Below, piece by piece: positions 48,037-58,162 of a stretch of 64,000 bases of DNA. The translations under genes and the position numbers were made by a program. This stretch comes from Alphaproteobacteria bacterium (GTDB lineage Bacteria > Pseudomonadota > Alphaproteobacteria > MPNO01). The stretch lies in assembly GCA_965248835.1 (NCBI GenBank), contig CBDFLJ010000002.1, forward strand, positions 2,464,001-2,528,000, written 5' to 3'. Positions within the stretch are counted from its first letter, which is position 1; each line of letters opens with the position of its first letter. A model generated the notes under the pieces. The model saw nothing but the letters and a program-made list of their open reading frames with translations. It searched no databases and was not told where the DNA came from.

Positions 48037-50157
48037 TCAGAACAGGTTGAACCACAGGCTGGAGCGCAGGGCGGGGAACATGTCGCCGACGACGGTCTGC
48101 GGCCAGGGGACGATCAGGATGCGGTGGAACAGGAAGTAGGAGAACAGCCACATCGGCACCGAGACGGCGAGCGTGGTCAGCCAGCCCTCCTTGCCCTCGA
48201 AGCGGATATAAAAGACCAGGAACAGGAACATCGCCGGCAGGATGCCGACTACCGCTGCGGCGCCAAAGAAGAACAGCAACCAGCCGAAATAGTTCGTCGC
48301 GCGGGTGAAGATCGTCCTGACCGAGAGGTCGCCGTAATCGGCCTGGATGTCGAAATGGACCTCCTCCCGTACGGCCTTGAAGGCATCGCCCGCCGAAGCG
48401 GTCTGCGCCTCCTCCGCGGTATGCGGGCCTGCGTCCCCGGCGCCGGCGCCGGCGGGCCGGATGAACATCCTCGACAGGATCAGCGAGGAGGTGAACAGCA
48501 CGCCGGCCCAACCGACGACTTGGGGGATCAGCTTCGCGCCGAACTCCCAGTGCCAGGAAATCGCAAGGCAGGCGATGAACATGCCAAGCACCATGAACGA
48601 GAAAGCCATGTCGGGATCGAGGCTCGATCGCTGGAAACCGGTGGCCGCGGCCTGCGATCGCTCGTTGGCCCGCGCGCGCACAATATAGCCGCGCACGATC
48701 GGGTTGAGGATGCCATAAAGCGTGATGATGAACACGACCGACACCACCGGAAACAGCAGCCAGTCCGCGCCGTAGCGCTCGACGGAGATGAACATGTAGC
48801 GCTCGACCAGCCCGCCCAGAACGAACCCGAGAATGACCGGCGGTCGCGGCCACTTGAACCGCTTCATCACCCAGCCGATGAAGCCGAATATGAGCAGCGC
48901 GTAGATGTCGCCCCATTGCCGCGATCCCTGGAAGGCGCCGACGAACGTGACCGCGAGCACCACCGGGGCGAGGATGCCGATCCGCACAAGGGCGATCTTG
49001 GCGAGCTGGTTTGCCACCAGAAAGCAGATCCCGGCGCCGAGCACGTTGGCCAGCGCGACCGACCAGACGAGCGTGTAGGTCACGTCGAGGTTCTTGGTCA
49101 GCATCTCCGGACCGGGGATCAGGCCGTGGATCAGAAACGCGCCCAGCAGCAGTGCCATCGACGCGCTGCCCGGGACGCCGAAGGCGATCGTGGGCACCAG
49201 CGCGCCGCCTTCCTTGGCGTTGTTGGAACTCTCCGATGCGATGACGCCGCGCACATCGCCCTTGCCGAAGGTCAGCGCGGCGTCCTTTTCCGTGCGCACC
49301 GCGTGGCCGTAGGCGATCCAGTCGATGACCGAGGCGCCGATTCCCGGCACCGCGCCCAGGCTGGAGCCGATGGTGGCGCAGCGCAGCAGCAGGAACTTGT
49401 TGCGCATCACGTCGCGCACGCCTTGGAGCTGGCTCATGCGCGAGCCGGCATCGGCGCCGCCGGAAATGGTCTGGCGGGTGATCGCCATATCGGCGAGCTC
49501 GGGGATGGCGAACAGGCCCAAGGCCAGCGGCACGACCGGCAGCCCGTCCCACAGGTAGAGCGAATCGAAGGTCCAGCGAAGGGTCCCGGTCTGCGGGTCA
49601 TCGCCGGCGGTTGCGACCATCAGCCCGATACAGGCCCCGGCGAGGCCCTTGAGCGGAGTGCCGCCGCTGAGCACCGCCACCAGCGAGAGCCCGAAGACGC
49701 AGAACGACAGAAGCTCGGGCGAGCCGATATGCAGCATCACCGGACGCAGGATCGGCACCGAGATCGCCAGCAGAAAGGCTCCGAAGAGCCCGCCCAGGAC
49801 CGATGCGGTGAACGCGGCGCCGAACGCACGCCCCGCCTCGCCCTTCCGGGCCATCGGGAATCCGTCGAGGATCGTCGCCGCCGAGCCGACCGTCCCAGGC
49901 ACCCCGAACAGGACCGCCGGGATCGTGTCCGAAGTGACCACGACCGCCTGCAGCCCCATCATCAGGGCAAGCGCGCTGTAGGGGTCCAGATTGAAGGTGA
50001 ACGGCAGCAGCAGCGAGAGGCCGACCAGCCCGCCGAGTCCGGGGATGACCCCCAGCACCAGGCCGATGACGACGCCGGTTGCGAGAAAGCCGAGGCGCTC
50101 CCACTCGGTGATGATCGACGCGGCCTTGATGGCCATGCCGAGCATGTCGGCTTCCAT
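48037..50157 (-). CDS. tctA: TTT permease TctA with C-terminal TctB-like fusion
   Basis: GVIPGLGG, GVPGT, DGFPMA, ESSNNA and GALVPTIAFGVPGS, plus about 200 extra residues containing TM helices. Confidence 0.88.
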   Translation of the reverse strand: MEADMLGMAIKAASIITEWERLGFLATGVVIGLVLGVIPGLGGLVGLSLLLPFTFNLDPYSALALMMGLQAVVVTSDTIPAVLFGVPGTVGSAATILDGFPMARKGEAGRAFGAAFTASVLGGLFGAFLLAISVPILRPVMLHIGSPELLSFCVFGLSLVAVLSGGTPLKGLAGACIGLMVATAGDDPQTGTLRWTFDSLYLWDGLPVVPLALGLFAIPELADMAITRQTISGGADAGSRMSQLQGVRDVMRNKFLLLRCATIGSSLGAVPGIGASVIDWIAYGHAVRTEKDAALTFGKGDVRGVIASESSNNAKEGGALVPTIAFGVPGSASMALLLGAFLIHGLIPGPEMLTKNLDVTYTLVWSVALANVLGAGICFLVANQLAKIALVRIGILAPVVLAVTFVGAFQGSRQWGDIYALLIFGFIGWVMKRFKWPRPPVILGFVLGGLVERYMFISVERYGADWLLFPVVSVVFIITLYGILNPIVRGYIVRARANERSQAAATGFQRSSLDPDMAFSFMVLGMFIACLAISWHWEFGAKLIPQVVGWAGVLFTSSLILSRMFIRPAGAGAGDAGPHTAEEAQTASAGDAFKAVREEVHFDIQADYGDLSVRTIFTRATNYFGWLLFFFGAAAVVGILPAMFLFLVFYIRFEGKEGWLTTLAVSVPMWLFSYFLFHRILIVPWPQTVVGDMFPALRSSLWFNLF

Positions 50158-50297
50158 CAGCCTTCCCTGTTCTCGTTCGTTTTACGCCGGCCGTTGTGAG
50201 CCCGTCCGAGCAGGCGAAGGGACACTAGGCGTGCCCGACCTGTCAAGCTTTCGCCACCGCGCGGCGGTCACGTATCGGGCTTGCCCGGTATCAACGG

Positions 50298-51533
50298 TTA
50301 CTCGGCGGCCATCGCCGCGGGGAAGCGCTCGGAGATGTCGAGCTTGAAGAGCTTTTGCGCGTTCTCGCCCAGGATCTTGCGCTTGGCCTTCTCATCGAGG
50401 AACGGCAGATCCCAGATCACGCTGGGCAGGTCCATGTCCCAGTGCGGATAATCGGTGGCATATAGAAGCGAGTTCTCGGCATCCATCGCCTTGAAGGTCG
50501 CCTCGAGCAGCCAGTCCTCGTTGGGGCGCTCCATCGGCTGGGTCGTGTAATGCATCTCCTTCATGTACTCGCTCGGCAGCCGCTTGAGCGAGGGGCATTC
50601 GGAACTGCGCATACGGTATTCGTTGTCGAGCCGCATCATCAGCCACGGCACCCAGGCGATGCCCGATTCGATCCAGATCGGCTTGAGGTTCGGGAACCGC
50701 TCGGGCAGGCCGTTGACCACCCAGTTGGTGCAGTGCACCACGTTGTACCAGGTGAAGCCGAGCGCATGCACGGCGATAAACCGGTTCGAGGTCCGGAACA
50801 TCGGATCGTCCCAGTTGAAGCCGCTGTGGAAGGCGATCGGCAGACCGCGCTCCTCGATCGCTCGGTAGATCTTCATGTAGTCGTTGTCGTGGACCGACTT
50901 GTGGCGGACCGAGGTCACCATGAAGCCGAGCACGTTGGGGTTGTCGGCGAACTCCTCGACCATCCGAAAGGCCGCGTTGTGGTCATTGAACGGCAGGTAC
51001 AGCATCGATTTGATGCGCGAGGAGCCGGGCAGCACGCGATCGACCAGCCAGCGGTTGTAGGCCCGCGCGAGCTGGGTCTCGACTTCCGGCTGGGGGTGCA
51101 TCGCCAAGCCCAGCATCGGGGTCGGGAACATGCAGGTGTAGTCGACCCCCATCGCATCCATCCATTTGTGGCCCAGGTGGATGTCGCGGTGGACACCGTC
51201 GGCCGGGGTCTGCTCCAGGCGGCGCAGCGGATAGCGGGTCACCCGCCCGCCCACGTCCTGGTAACCGACACGGCCCAGCGCGAGCATGCCGCCGCCGCGC
51301 TGGCCAACCTGGCTCGACGAGTTGGCGAGCTGGCGGAGCACCGGATCGTCCATGTACTCCAGGATCTCGCCCATCGATTCGCTCTCGTAGTGGTGCGAAT
51401 CGACATCGATGATCAGCACGTCGTTGAGCTTGCGCCGGTCGCGCTGCCTTGCGGCGTTCGCCAACACCTTGTCGGTGTCGAACGAATCCACGCTCATCCG
51501 GAAATACTGCTCGTTGCCGGTCGGGAGATCCAT
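50298..51533 (-). CDS. Amidohydrolase_2-fold metalloenzyme, candidate dinuclear oxygenase (paralogue of 25237-26478)
   Basis: DVDSH, FHSG, ESG and TDYPHWD; visibly colinear and similar to 25237-26478. Confidence 0.85.
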   Translation of the reverse strand: MDLPTGNEQYFRMSVDSFDTDKVLANAARQRDRRKLNDVLIIDVDSHHYESESMGEILEYMDDPVLRQLANSSSQVGQRGGGMLALGRVGYQDVGGRVTRYPLRRLEQTPADGVHRDIHLGHKWMDAMGVDYTCMFPTPMLGLAMHPQPEVETQLARAYNRWLVDRVLPGSSRIKSMLYLPFNDHNAAFRMVEEFADNPNVLGFMVTSVRHKSVHDNDYMKIYRAIEERGLPIAFHSGFNWDDPMFRTSNRFIAVHALGFTWYNVVHCTNWVVNGLPERFPNLKPIWIESGIAWVPWLMMRLDNEYRMRSSECPSLKRLPSEYMKEMHYTTQPMERPNEDWLLEATFKAMDAENSLLYATDYPHWDMDLPSVIWDLPFLDEKAKRKILGENAQKLFKLDISERFPAAMAAE

Positions 51534-51575
51534 CTCACGTCCCCTTGCTGGATCGTGGGCCTGTGCCGGAGCCGA

Positions 51576-52886
51576 TTAGAGCAGGCCGGGCAGCCAGATT
51601 GCAAGCGGCGGAAACGCCGCGATCACCGTCATACCGACCAGGAAGATGCAGACAAACGGCCAGGTGGCGCTGAAGATGTCGGCCAACGGCACGTGCGGCG
51701 CCGAGCCCTTGAAGGCGAACATGGTATAGCCGAAGGGCGGCGTGATCCCGCCGACGGTGACGTTCAGCAGCATGATCAGCCAGAACCAGATCGGATCGAA
51801 ACCGAGCGTGGCGAGCAGCGGCTGGTAGATCGGGATCACCACCAGCATCAGCGCGATCTGGTCGATGAACATGCACAGCACGAACGGAATCACCATCATG
51901 ATGAACAGCATCACGTAGGGCTCGAAGCCGAGCGTGGTGATCAGCGCCGTCAGTTCCCGGGTCGAGCCGGTGAAGGCCAGGAGCTGGCTGAACATCTTCG
52001 AGCTCGCCATGATCACCAGGATCATCGCGGTGATATAGGCCGCCGAGGCAACCGATTCGGAGATCATCTTCCAGTTGAGCCTGCGGTAGTAGGCCGCGGT
52101 GAGCAGCGCACCCAGGACTCCGGTCGCGGCCGATTCGGAAGGCGTCGCGATGCCGAGCAGGATGAAGCCCATCACGCAGAAGATGATGATCGCGAACGGC
52201 AGCACCCGGAGGACGGCGAGCAGCATCTCCCAGACGGTGACCTTCGGCGCGGCGTCGGAATCGCCGTAAGGGGCGAGCTCGGGCCTCAGCCGCACGCGGG
52301 CGAAGATGTAGACCAGGAACATGCCCGACAGCATCAGCCCCGGCAGGATGCCGGCAATCAACAGCCCGGCGATCGTCACGTCGGCCAACGTGCCTATGAT
52401 GATCACCAGGACGCTCGGCGGGATGATCGGCGCCAGGCTCGCGCCGGCCAGGATCGCCCCGATCGAAAGCCGCGAATCGTATTTGCGCTCTATCATCCCG
52501 GGATAGAGCGAGCGCGCCATCATCGCCGCAACGCCCATCGCGGCGCCGGACAGTGCCCCGAAAATCGTCGACAGCACGATGCACAAGACGTATTGGCGGC
52601 CGCGCACCTTGCCGACCAGCTTGTCGACGCTGTCGAACAGGATGTCGATCGAGCCCGAGCGGAACAGCAGCTCGCCCATCAGGATGAACAGCGGCACCGC
52701 GGACATCGCCGCGACGTTGGTGGTCTCGAAGATCGAGTTGGCGACCATGCCGAATCCCGGCTGGCCGAGCACGATCAGCACGCCGGTGATATTGATCACC
52801 AGGAAGGCGATGAAGATCGGCGCGCCGGTCAGGAACGCCGCCAGCAGCAGCGCCAGCCCGCCCGCAAGGATCGCCCACCATTCCAT
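51576..52886 (-). CDS. dctM: TRAP transporter large permease
   Basis: AVPLFILMGE, IIPPS, AGILPG, TPSES and TPPFG motifs. Confidence 0.92.
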   Translation of the reverse strand: MEWWAILAGGLALLLAAFLTGAPIFIAFLVINITGVLIVLGQPGFGMVANSIFETTNVAAMSAVPLFILMGELLFRSGSIDILFDSVDKLVGKVRGRQYVLCIVLSTIFGALSGAAMGVAAMMARSLYPGMIERKYDSRLSIGAILAGASLAPIIPPSVLVIIIGTLADVTIAGLLIAGILPGLMLSGMFLVYIFARVRLRPELAPYGDSDAAPKVTVWEMLLAVLRVLPFAIIIFCVMGFILLGIATPSESAATGVLGALLTAAYYRRLNWKMISESVASAAYITAMILVIMASSKMFSQLLAFTGSTRELTALITTLGFEPYVMLFIMMVIPFVLCMFIDQIALMLVVIPIYQPLLATLGFDPIWFWLIMLLNVTVGGITPPFGYTMFAFKGSAPHVPLADIFSATWPFVCIFLVGMTVIAAFPPLAIWLPGLL

Positions 52887-52889
52887 GGT

Positions 52890-53411
52890 TCAGCCGTGCC
52901 CGCCGGTGGCCGGCTTTTCCGCGCCGAGCGAGCGCGGATCGAGCATGCGCAGGAAGTAGAGCGCCGAGCTGGCGAAGCCGTAGGTGATCCAGGCCGAGAT
53001 GTAGATCTTCGGGATCGGCTTGACCTTCATCAGATGGACGTCCTTGACGATCTGACGGATGTTCTCGTCAACGCTGATCCAGGTCGCGGCGACGCAGGCG
53101 AGAAATGCCACCAGGTAGATGAACCAGTAGAAGGTCCTGGCCTTGCGGGCGTCGAGCATCTCGAGGAGCACGGTGACCGCGACGTGGCCCTTCTCCTTGG
53201 TGACGCAGGGCATCATCAGAAAGCAGCCGATGCACAGCGAATACTGCACCGCCTCGGACGACCACCAGGTCGGCGCGCCGAAGAAGTAGCGCGCGAAGAC
53301 CTCGTAGCAATAGGCGAAGACGATGATGCCGAGACAGAGCTTGGACAGGTGGAATCCGATCCTGGTGAGACCGTCATGGACGCGCGCGAGCGCGCTCAGC
53401 GCTTCACCCAT
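52890..53411 (-). CDS. dctQ: TRAP transporter small permease
   Basis: Four TM helices; EVFARY..P..W..E and GHVAV motifs. Confidence 0.87.
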   Translation of the reverse strand: MGEALSALARVHDGLTRIGFHLSKLCLGIIVFAYCYEVFARYFFGAPTWWSSEAVQYSLCIGCFLMMPCVTKEKGHVAVTVLLEMLDARKARTFYWFIYLVAFLACVAATWISVDENIRQIVKDVHLMKVKPIPKIYISAWITYGFASSALYFLRMLDPRSLGAEKPATGGHG

Positions 53412-53461
53412 CGGCCCTGCCCCGGCATAGCGTCATCGCCGCCGCTCCGCGAAACGCGCGG

Positions 53462-54448
53462 TCAGTCGGTCAGATTGGCCTTCTTGGCGATCGCGTAGAG
53501 CTCATCGGCGCCGTCGGCGCAGCACTTGCGTGCCAGCTCCCACAGGCTCTTGCTCCAGGCGGTCTTGACCACGGCCGCCTTGTCCGGGGGCAGGTGCAGA
53601 GTCTTGACGCCGAACTTGTCGAGCGCGCGGGTCTCATCGGCCAGGATCTCGCCGCCGACCCAGGGCATCTCGAGCTCGGTCCGGCGACCGGCGTCCAGCA
53701 GCACCGCCTTTTCCTCGGCGTTGAGCTTGTTCCAGGAATCGAGGTTGATCAGGATCGGCTCGTTCGAGTTCCCGAAGGTCGGCCGAACGCGGTATTTGGC
53801 AACCTCGTAATGCTTCATCGACAGCATGCCGGCAGCCGGCCAGCAGGCGCCGTCGACGACGCCCTTCTCCAGCGCGGTATAGATCTGCGCCGGCGGCAGG
53901 ACGACCGGCGAACCGCCGAGCGCCCGAATCACGCCGTGATAGCTCGATGTCCCGCGGATCTTGCGGCCCTTGACGTCGCCGTCCGCGCTCAGCGGCTCCT
54001 TGAGGAACATGTGGTAGCCGGAGAAGCTCTGAGTGATCAGCGCGACCAGCTTCAGATTGTTGTGCTTCTGGTAGTACTTGTCGACGAAGTCCCAGACGCC
54101 CGAAGCGCGCCGCTTGAGCGGATCCATCTCGATCGCATCGACAACCAGCGCGATGCCCTTGGAGCCGGCGTGATAGACGCCGTGGGTGTAGAGCATGTCG
54201 AACACGCCCGAGGCGACCGGCTGGAGCTGCTCGAACGGCGGCACCACTTCGGGGCCCGAAATGGAGATCTTGACCGTATCGCCGCCGATCGCCTTGACGT
54301 TGTTGAGATATTGCTCGAGCACGGCATAGGACGGCCAGTTGTTCTTGTTCCAGCTCGTCAGCAGCTTGAGGCTCGCCGCCTCGACCGCGCCGGTTGCGGC
54401 GACAGCAAGCGCGATACCGGCGAGCAACGGTTTCCAGAGTCGTTTCAT
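53462..54448 (-). CDS. dctP: TRAP transporter substrate-binding protein
   Basis: Signal peptide, GPEVVP, GRKIR and IYTALEKGVVDG motifs. Confidence 0.88.
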   Translation of the reverse strand: MKRLWKPLLAGIALAVAATGAVEAASLKLLTSWNKNNWPSYAVLEQYLNNVKAIGGDTVKISISGPEVVPPFEQLQPVASGVFDMLYTHGVYHAGSKGIALVVDAIEMDPLKRRASGVWDFVDKYYQKHNNLKLVALITQSFSGYHMFLKEPLSADGDVKGRKIRGTSSYHGVIRALGGSPVVLPPAQIYTALEKGVVDGACWPAAGMLSMKHYEVAKYRVRPTFGNSNEPILINLDSWNKLNAEEKAVLLDAGRRTELEMPWVGGEILADETRALDKFGVKTLHLPPDKAAVVKTAWSKSLWELARKCCADGADELYAIAKKANLTD

Positions 54449-54636
54449 CTTGACGCTCCCCCTTGTTCGTTGAACCAGCCGATTGACCCGGGCGCGCCCG
54501 GACGGCGGAGGCTCATTTAAGCAAGCCCCGGCACACAGGACAAGTTCGATATCTAACGGGTCCTCCGCGCCGGCTTGCACCCGGCGAGGCCGCCTCGATA
54601 CTCTTGCCTGCCACGCCAACCAACGGAGCGCCAGCC

Positions 54637-55395
54637 ATGACAGCCCCCAGCACCCGCATCGGATCGCCCACCTCGGACACCGCCCGGTTTCGGATGCGAG
54701 GCAAGGATGTCCTCGAAGAGATCATCGGCGAGAAGAGTTTCTCCGAGGCGTTCTACCTGATCGTCACCGGACGCGAGCCGAGCGCGGGCCAGGTCAGGAT
54801 CTTCGATGCCTGCCTGATCATCCTGATGGACCACGGCATCACCCCGATGGCGCTGGTCTCGCGCGTCGTCGAGGACGCGGTGCCGACGGACATCCAGGTG
54901 CCGGTGGCCGCCGGCATCCTGATGGTGGGCAACAAGTTCGCCGGCACCATGGCCGGATGCGGCCAGATCCTCCAGGACTGCAAGGCCGCCGGCGGCGACG
55001 ACCGGGCGTGGCTCGCCGCCAAGGTCGCCGAATTCCGCGCCCAGAAGCGCTTCGTTCCGGGGTTCGGTCACCCCTATTACAAGCCCGACGACCCGCGCGC
55101 GGCGCGGCTGTTCGATGTCGCGATGAAGAACGGCGCCAAGGGGGAGTATATCGCGCTGGTCAAGATCCTTGGCGAGGAGGTCGACAAGGCCGCGGGACGC
55201 CATCTGACGCTGAACGTGACCGGCGCGCTCGGCGCGATCCTTTCCGAGATCGACTTCCCGGTCGAGGTGATGCGCGCATGTTCGGTCGTCGGCCGCGCCG
55301 CCGGGCTGGTCGCCCACGTGCTGGAGGAGAAATCCAACCCGATCACCCCGTCGCTGGTCGAATTCGCAAACAACATCGCCTACGTCGAGGACTGA
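54637..55395 (+). CDS. Citryl-CoA lyase/citrate synthase-like protein
   Basis: DHG, PGFGHP, DPR, LNVTG and GRAAGLVAH motifs; short (252 aa). Confidence 0.82.
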   Translation: MTAPSTRIGSPTSDTARFRMRGKDVLEEIIGEKSFSEAFYLIVTGREPSAGQVRIFDACLIILMDHGITPMALVSRVVEDAVPTDIQVPVAAGILMVGNKFAGTMAGCGQILQDCKAAGGDDRAWLAAKVAEFRAQKRFVPGFGHPYYKPDDPRAARLFDVAMKNGAKGEYIALVKILGEEVDKAAGRHLTLNVTGALGAILSEIDFPVEVMRACSVVGRAAGLVAHVLEEKSNPITPSLVEFANNIAYVED

Positions 55396-55560
55396 ACCGT
55401 CTCCGCCGGCGCCCCGATCGAGGATCCTGCCGACCGCGCGAGCGGGTTTCGGTGCCCACAACCTGATACGGCGGTTCCGGACGGCCGGTCCGGCCGGGCG
55501 CGGATTTGACCGCCCGCCGGTCGATGGTAGCCTCGGCAGCGCACTCCGAAGGATGACGAC

Positions 55561-56823
55561 GTGACACCGCAGCGTTTGCCCGACGGCGAGACGGCGGACG
55601 CCGTCGACGGCGCATACGCCTGGGGCCGCCTGGGCCTGTCGGTGATCCTCGCATCGATCGGTAGCCTGGGCCTGTGGTCCTATGTCGTGGTGCTGCCGAC
55701 GATCCAGGCCGAGTTCGACATCGACCGCAGCAGCGCCTCGCTGCCCTTCACCCTGACGATGGCGGGGTTCGCGCTGGGCAATGCCGTTTTCGGCCGCTTC
55801 ACCGACCGCTGGGGCATCACCCGGCCGGTGATCGCGGCCGCCCTGTCGCTGTGCTGCGGTTTCATCGGCACCGCGATGACCTCCTCCATCTGGGCGTTCG
55901 CGCTCATCCACGGCGCGCTGATCGGCATCGGCACCGCTTCGACCTTCGGCCCGCTGATCGCCGACATCTCCCACTGGTTCCGGCGGCGGCGGGGCATCGC
56001 GGTCGCAGCGGTGGCCTGCGGCAACTACATCGCCGGAACCATCGCCCCGCCCATCCTGCAGGCGGTGGTGGAATCCGACGGCTGGCGGACCGCCTATGTC
56101 GTGATGGGGCTGTTCTGCCTCGCCGCCATGGTGCCGCTTGCGCTGACGCTGCGGCGACGGCCGGTGCATACGCTCCAAGGCGCGGAAAGCGCCGGCGGCA
56201 GGCCGGCCCGGCAAATCGATCTGTCGCCGCGCGCGCTGCAGGTCCTGCTGGTCATCGCCGGCCTTGCGTGCTGCGTGGCGATGTCGATGCCGCAGGTCCA
56301 TATCGTCGCCTATTGCGCCGACCTCGGCCACGGTGTCGCGCGCGGGGCGGAGATCCTCTCGCTCATGCTGGGCGTGGGGATAATCAGTCGGCTGGCCTCG
56401 GGCTATCTGGCCGATCACATCGGCGGGGTGCGCACCATGCTGATCGGCTCGATGGGCCAGGGCCTGGCGCTGATCCTCTTCCTGCCCTTTGACGGTCTGG
56501 TCTCGCTCTACGTCATCGCGATGCTGTTCGGCCTTGCCCAGGGCGGGATCGTGCCGTGCTACGTGATCATCGTGCGCGAATACCTTCCGGCCAGGGAGGC
56601 CGGCCGGCGGGTCGGCGTCATCTACATGGCGACCATCGCGGGGATGGCGTTCGGCGGCTGGCTGACCGGGTGGATCTACGACGTCACCGGCTCCTATCAC
56701 GCGGCCTTTCTCAACGGAATCGCCTGGAACGTGCTGAACGCATCGATCATCCTGATGGTCTTGTGGCGCACCCGCCGGCCGACCGGCGGGCAGGCGGTGG
56801 GTGTGGCGGTCCCCGGCGGGTAG
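55561..56823 (+). CDS. MFS transporter
   Basis: About 12 TM helices; GRFTDRWG, GYLADHIG and GWIYDVTGSY motifs. Confidence 0.9.
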   Translation: MTPQRLPDGETADAVDGAYAWGRLGLSVILASIGSLGLWSYVVVLPTIQAEFDIDRSSASLPFTLTMAGFALGNAVFGRFTDRWGITRPVIAAALSLCCGFIGTAMTSSIWAFALIHGALIGIGTASTFGPLIADISHWFRRRRGIAVAAVACGNYIAGTIAPPILQAVVESDGWRTAYVVMGLFCLAAMVPLALTLRRRPVHTLQGAESAGGRPARQIDLSPRALQVLLVIAGLACCVAMSMPQVHIVAYCADLGHGVARGAEILSLMLGVGIISRLASGYLADHIGGVRTMLIGSMGQGLALILFLPFDGLVSLYVIAMLFGLAQGGIVPCYVIIVREYLPAREAGRRVGVIYMATIAGMAFGGWLTGWIYDVTGSYHAAFLNGIAWNVLNASIILMVLWRTRRPTGGQAVGVAVPGG

Positions 56824-56833
56824 GGAGGCGAGC

Positions 56834-58147
56834 ATGGACCAGGTGCTGAATGCGATAGACGACGACCGCAACGACCTGGTCGCGCTCTGTCTGAGCCTCG
56901 GCAACCTGCGCGACTACCCGGGCGAAGAGCGCGCGGTGGGCGAAGCGGCGCTGGCCTGGCTGCAGGAGGCCGGCATCGAGGGCCACCTGCAATGGCTGGG
57001 GGCGGACAGCGTCAATCTGGTGGGCCTGCTGCGCGGCACCGGCGACCGCGCGGGCGGCGGGCGCTCGCTGATCTTCAACGCCCACATGGACACCCAGGGC
57101 GGCGTCCCTGACGGCGGCCCCGAGGCGGTGCGCCGGATCCGCGGCGCCTTCGAGGCCGAAGGCATGCTGCACGGCCGCGGGCTCGCCAACGACAAGGCGC
57201 AGCTTGCGGCCGAGATGATCGCCGTCCGGGCGATCAAGAATGCCGGGGTGCGGCTGAAGGAAGACCTCTACGTCACCGGCGTCGCCCAGGAGACCATGGC
57301 ACCGCCGGCCGCCATCGAGGACTTCGCTTCGTGGTCCGGCATCGGGCCGTCGTCGAGCCAGATCCGCGAGGGGCACGGCGCGCGCTGGCTGGTCGAGCAC
57401 GGCGTGGTCGCCGACTACGCTTTGGTCGGCGAGGTCTCGGACTTCACCATGACCGTGGCCCAGGCCGGCTATCTGCGTCTGCGCATCGCGATCGAGGGCA
57501 ACGTGGCCTACACCCCGGGGCTGCGCCGCGGACCGGCGCCCGGCGACAGCCCCAACCCGTTCGAGAGGGCCGCGCCGGTGCTGAGCGCGCTGGAGGGCTG
57601 GGCGCGCGACTTCGAGACCGCCGGGCGGTTCGCGTTCTGGGGCGGGACGCTCGCACCCAGGGCCCAGGTGCACGAGATCCGGCCGGCCGGGCTCGCCTGG
57701 ACCAACCCGCGTGATCACTGCTTCATCTATTTCGACATCCGCCTGGTGCCCGACGCGCGGCCGGCCGAGGTCATCCATTCGGTCCGACAGGCAGTCGCGC
57801 GCAGCGGCGTGGCATGCGCGGTTTCGGCCTATGACTACAAGCGCGGCTATGTCGCCGACGGCGCCGAGAAGCTGATCGAGGCGCTCAAGGCCGCCCACGA
57901 GACGGTGACCGGCGATGCGCTCGCGTTTGCCGGCACCGAGACCATGGGCATGTGGCGCGACGCAAACGCCTTCAACGAGGGCGGCATCCCGGCCATCGGC
58001 TACGGCCCGCCGACCAAAATCTCCGACGGCGGCAGGGGGGAAGCGGGCGCCACGCGCCCGATCGCGATCGACGACCTTGTCGTCACCGCCAAGGTCTTCG
58101 CACTGACCGCTCTGGAGATTTGCGGGGTGGCCGAGACGGCGGGCTGA
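56834..58147 (+). CDS. M20-family metallopeptidase/deacylase-like protein
   Basis: FNAHMDT, GRGLANDK, GE and GIPAIGYGP; GGGAGG RBS. Confidence 0.82.
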   Translation: MDQVLNAIDDDRNDLVALCLSLGNLRDYPGEERAVGEAALAWLQEAGIEGHLQWLGADSVNLVGLLRGTGDRAGGGRSLIFNAHMDTQGGVPDGGPEAVRRIRGAFEAEGMLHGRGLANDKAQLAAEMIAVRAIKNAGVRLKEDLYVTGVAQETMAPPAAIEDFASWSGIGPSSSQIREGHGARWLVEHGVVADYALVGEVSDFTMTVAQAGYLRLRIAIEGNVAYTPGLRRGPAPGDSPNPFERAAPVLSALEGWARDFETAGRFAFWGGTLAPRAQVHEIRPAGLAWTNPRDHCFIYFDIRLVPDARPAEVIHSVRQAVARSGVACAVSAYDYKRGYVADGAEKLIEALKAAHETVTGDALAFAGTETMGMWRDANAFNEGGIPAIGYGPPTKISDGGRGEAGATRPIAIDDLVVTAKVFALTALEICGVAETAG

Positions 58148-58162
58148 GTCCGGCGCGTTTGG

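Noticed and set aside
50550-53498. 982-aa plus-strand ORF, and similar long ORFs at 3219-5057, 6363-8201, 45834-48050, 48124-50199 and 54553-56904
   Set aside because: These are antisense or alternative-frame shadows of well-supported genes, expected in high-GC DNA, and show no motifs.
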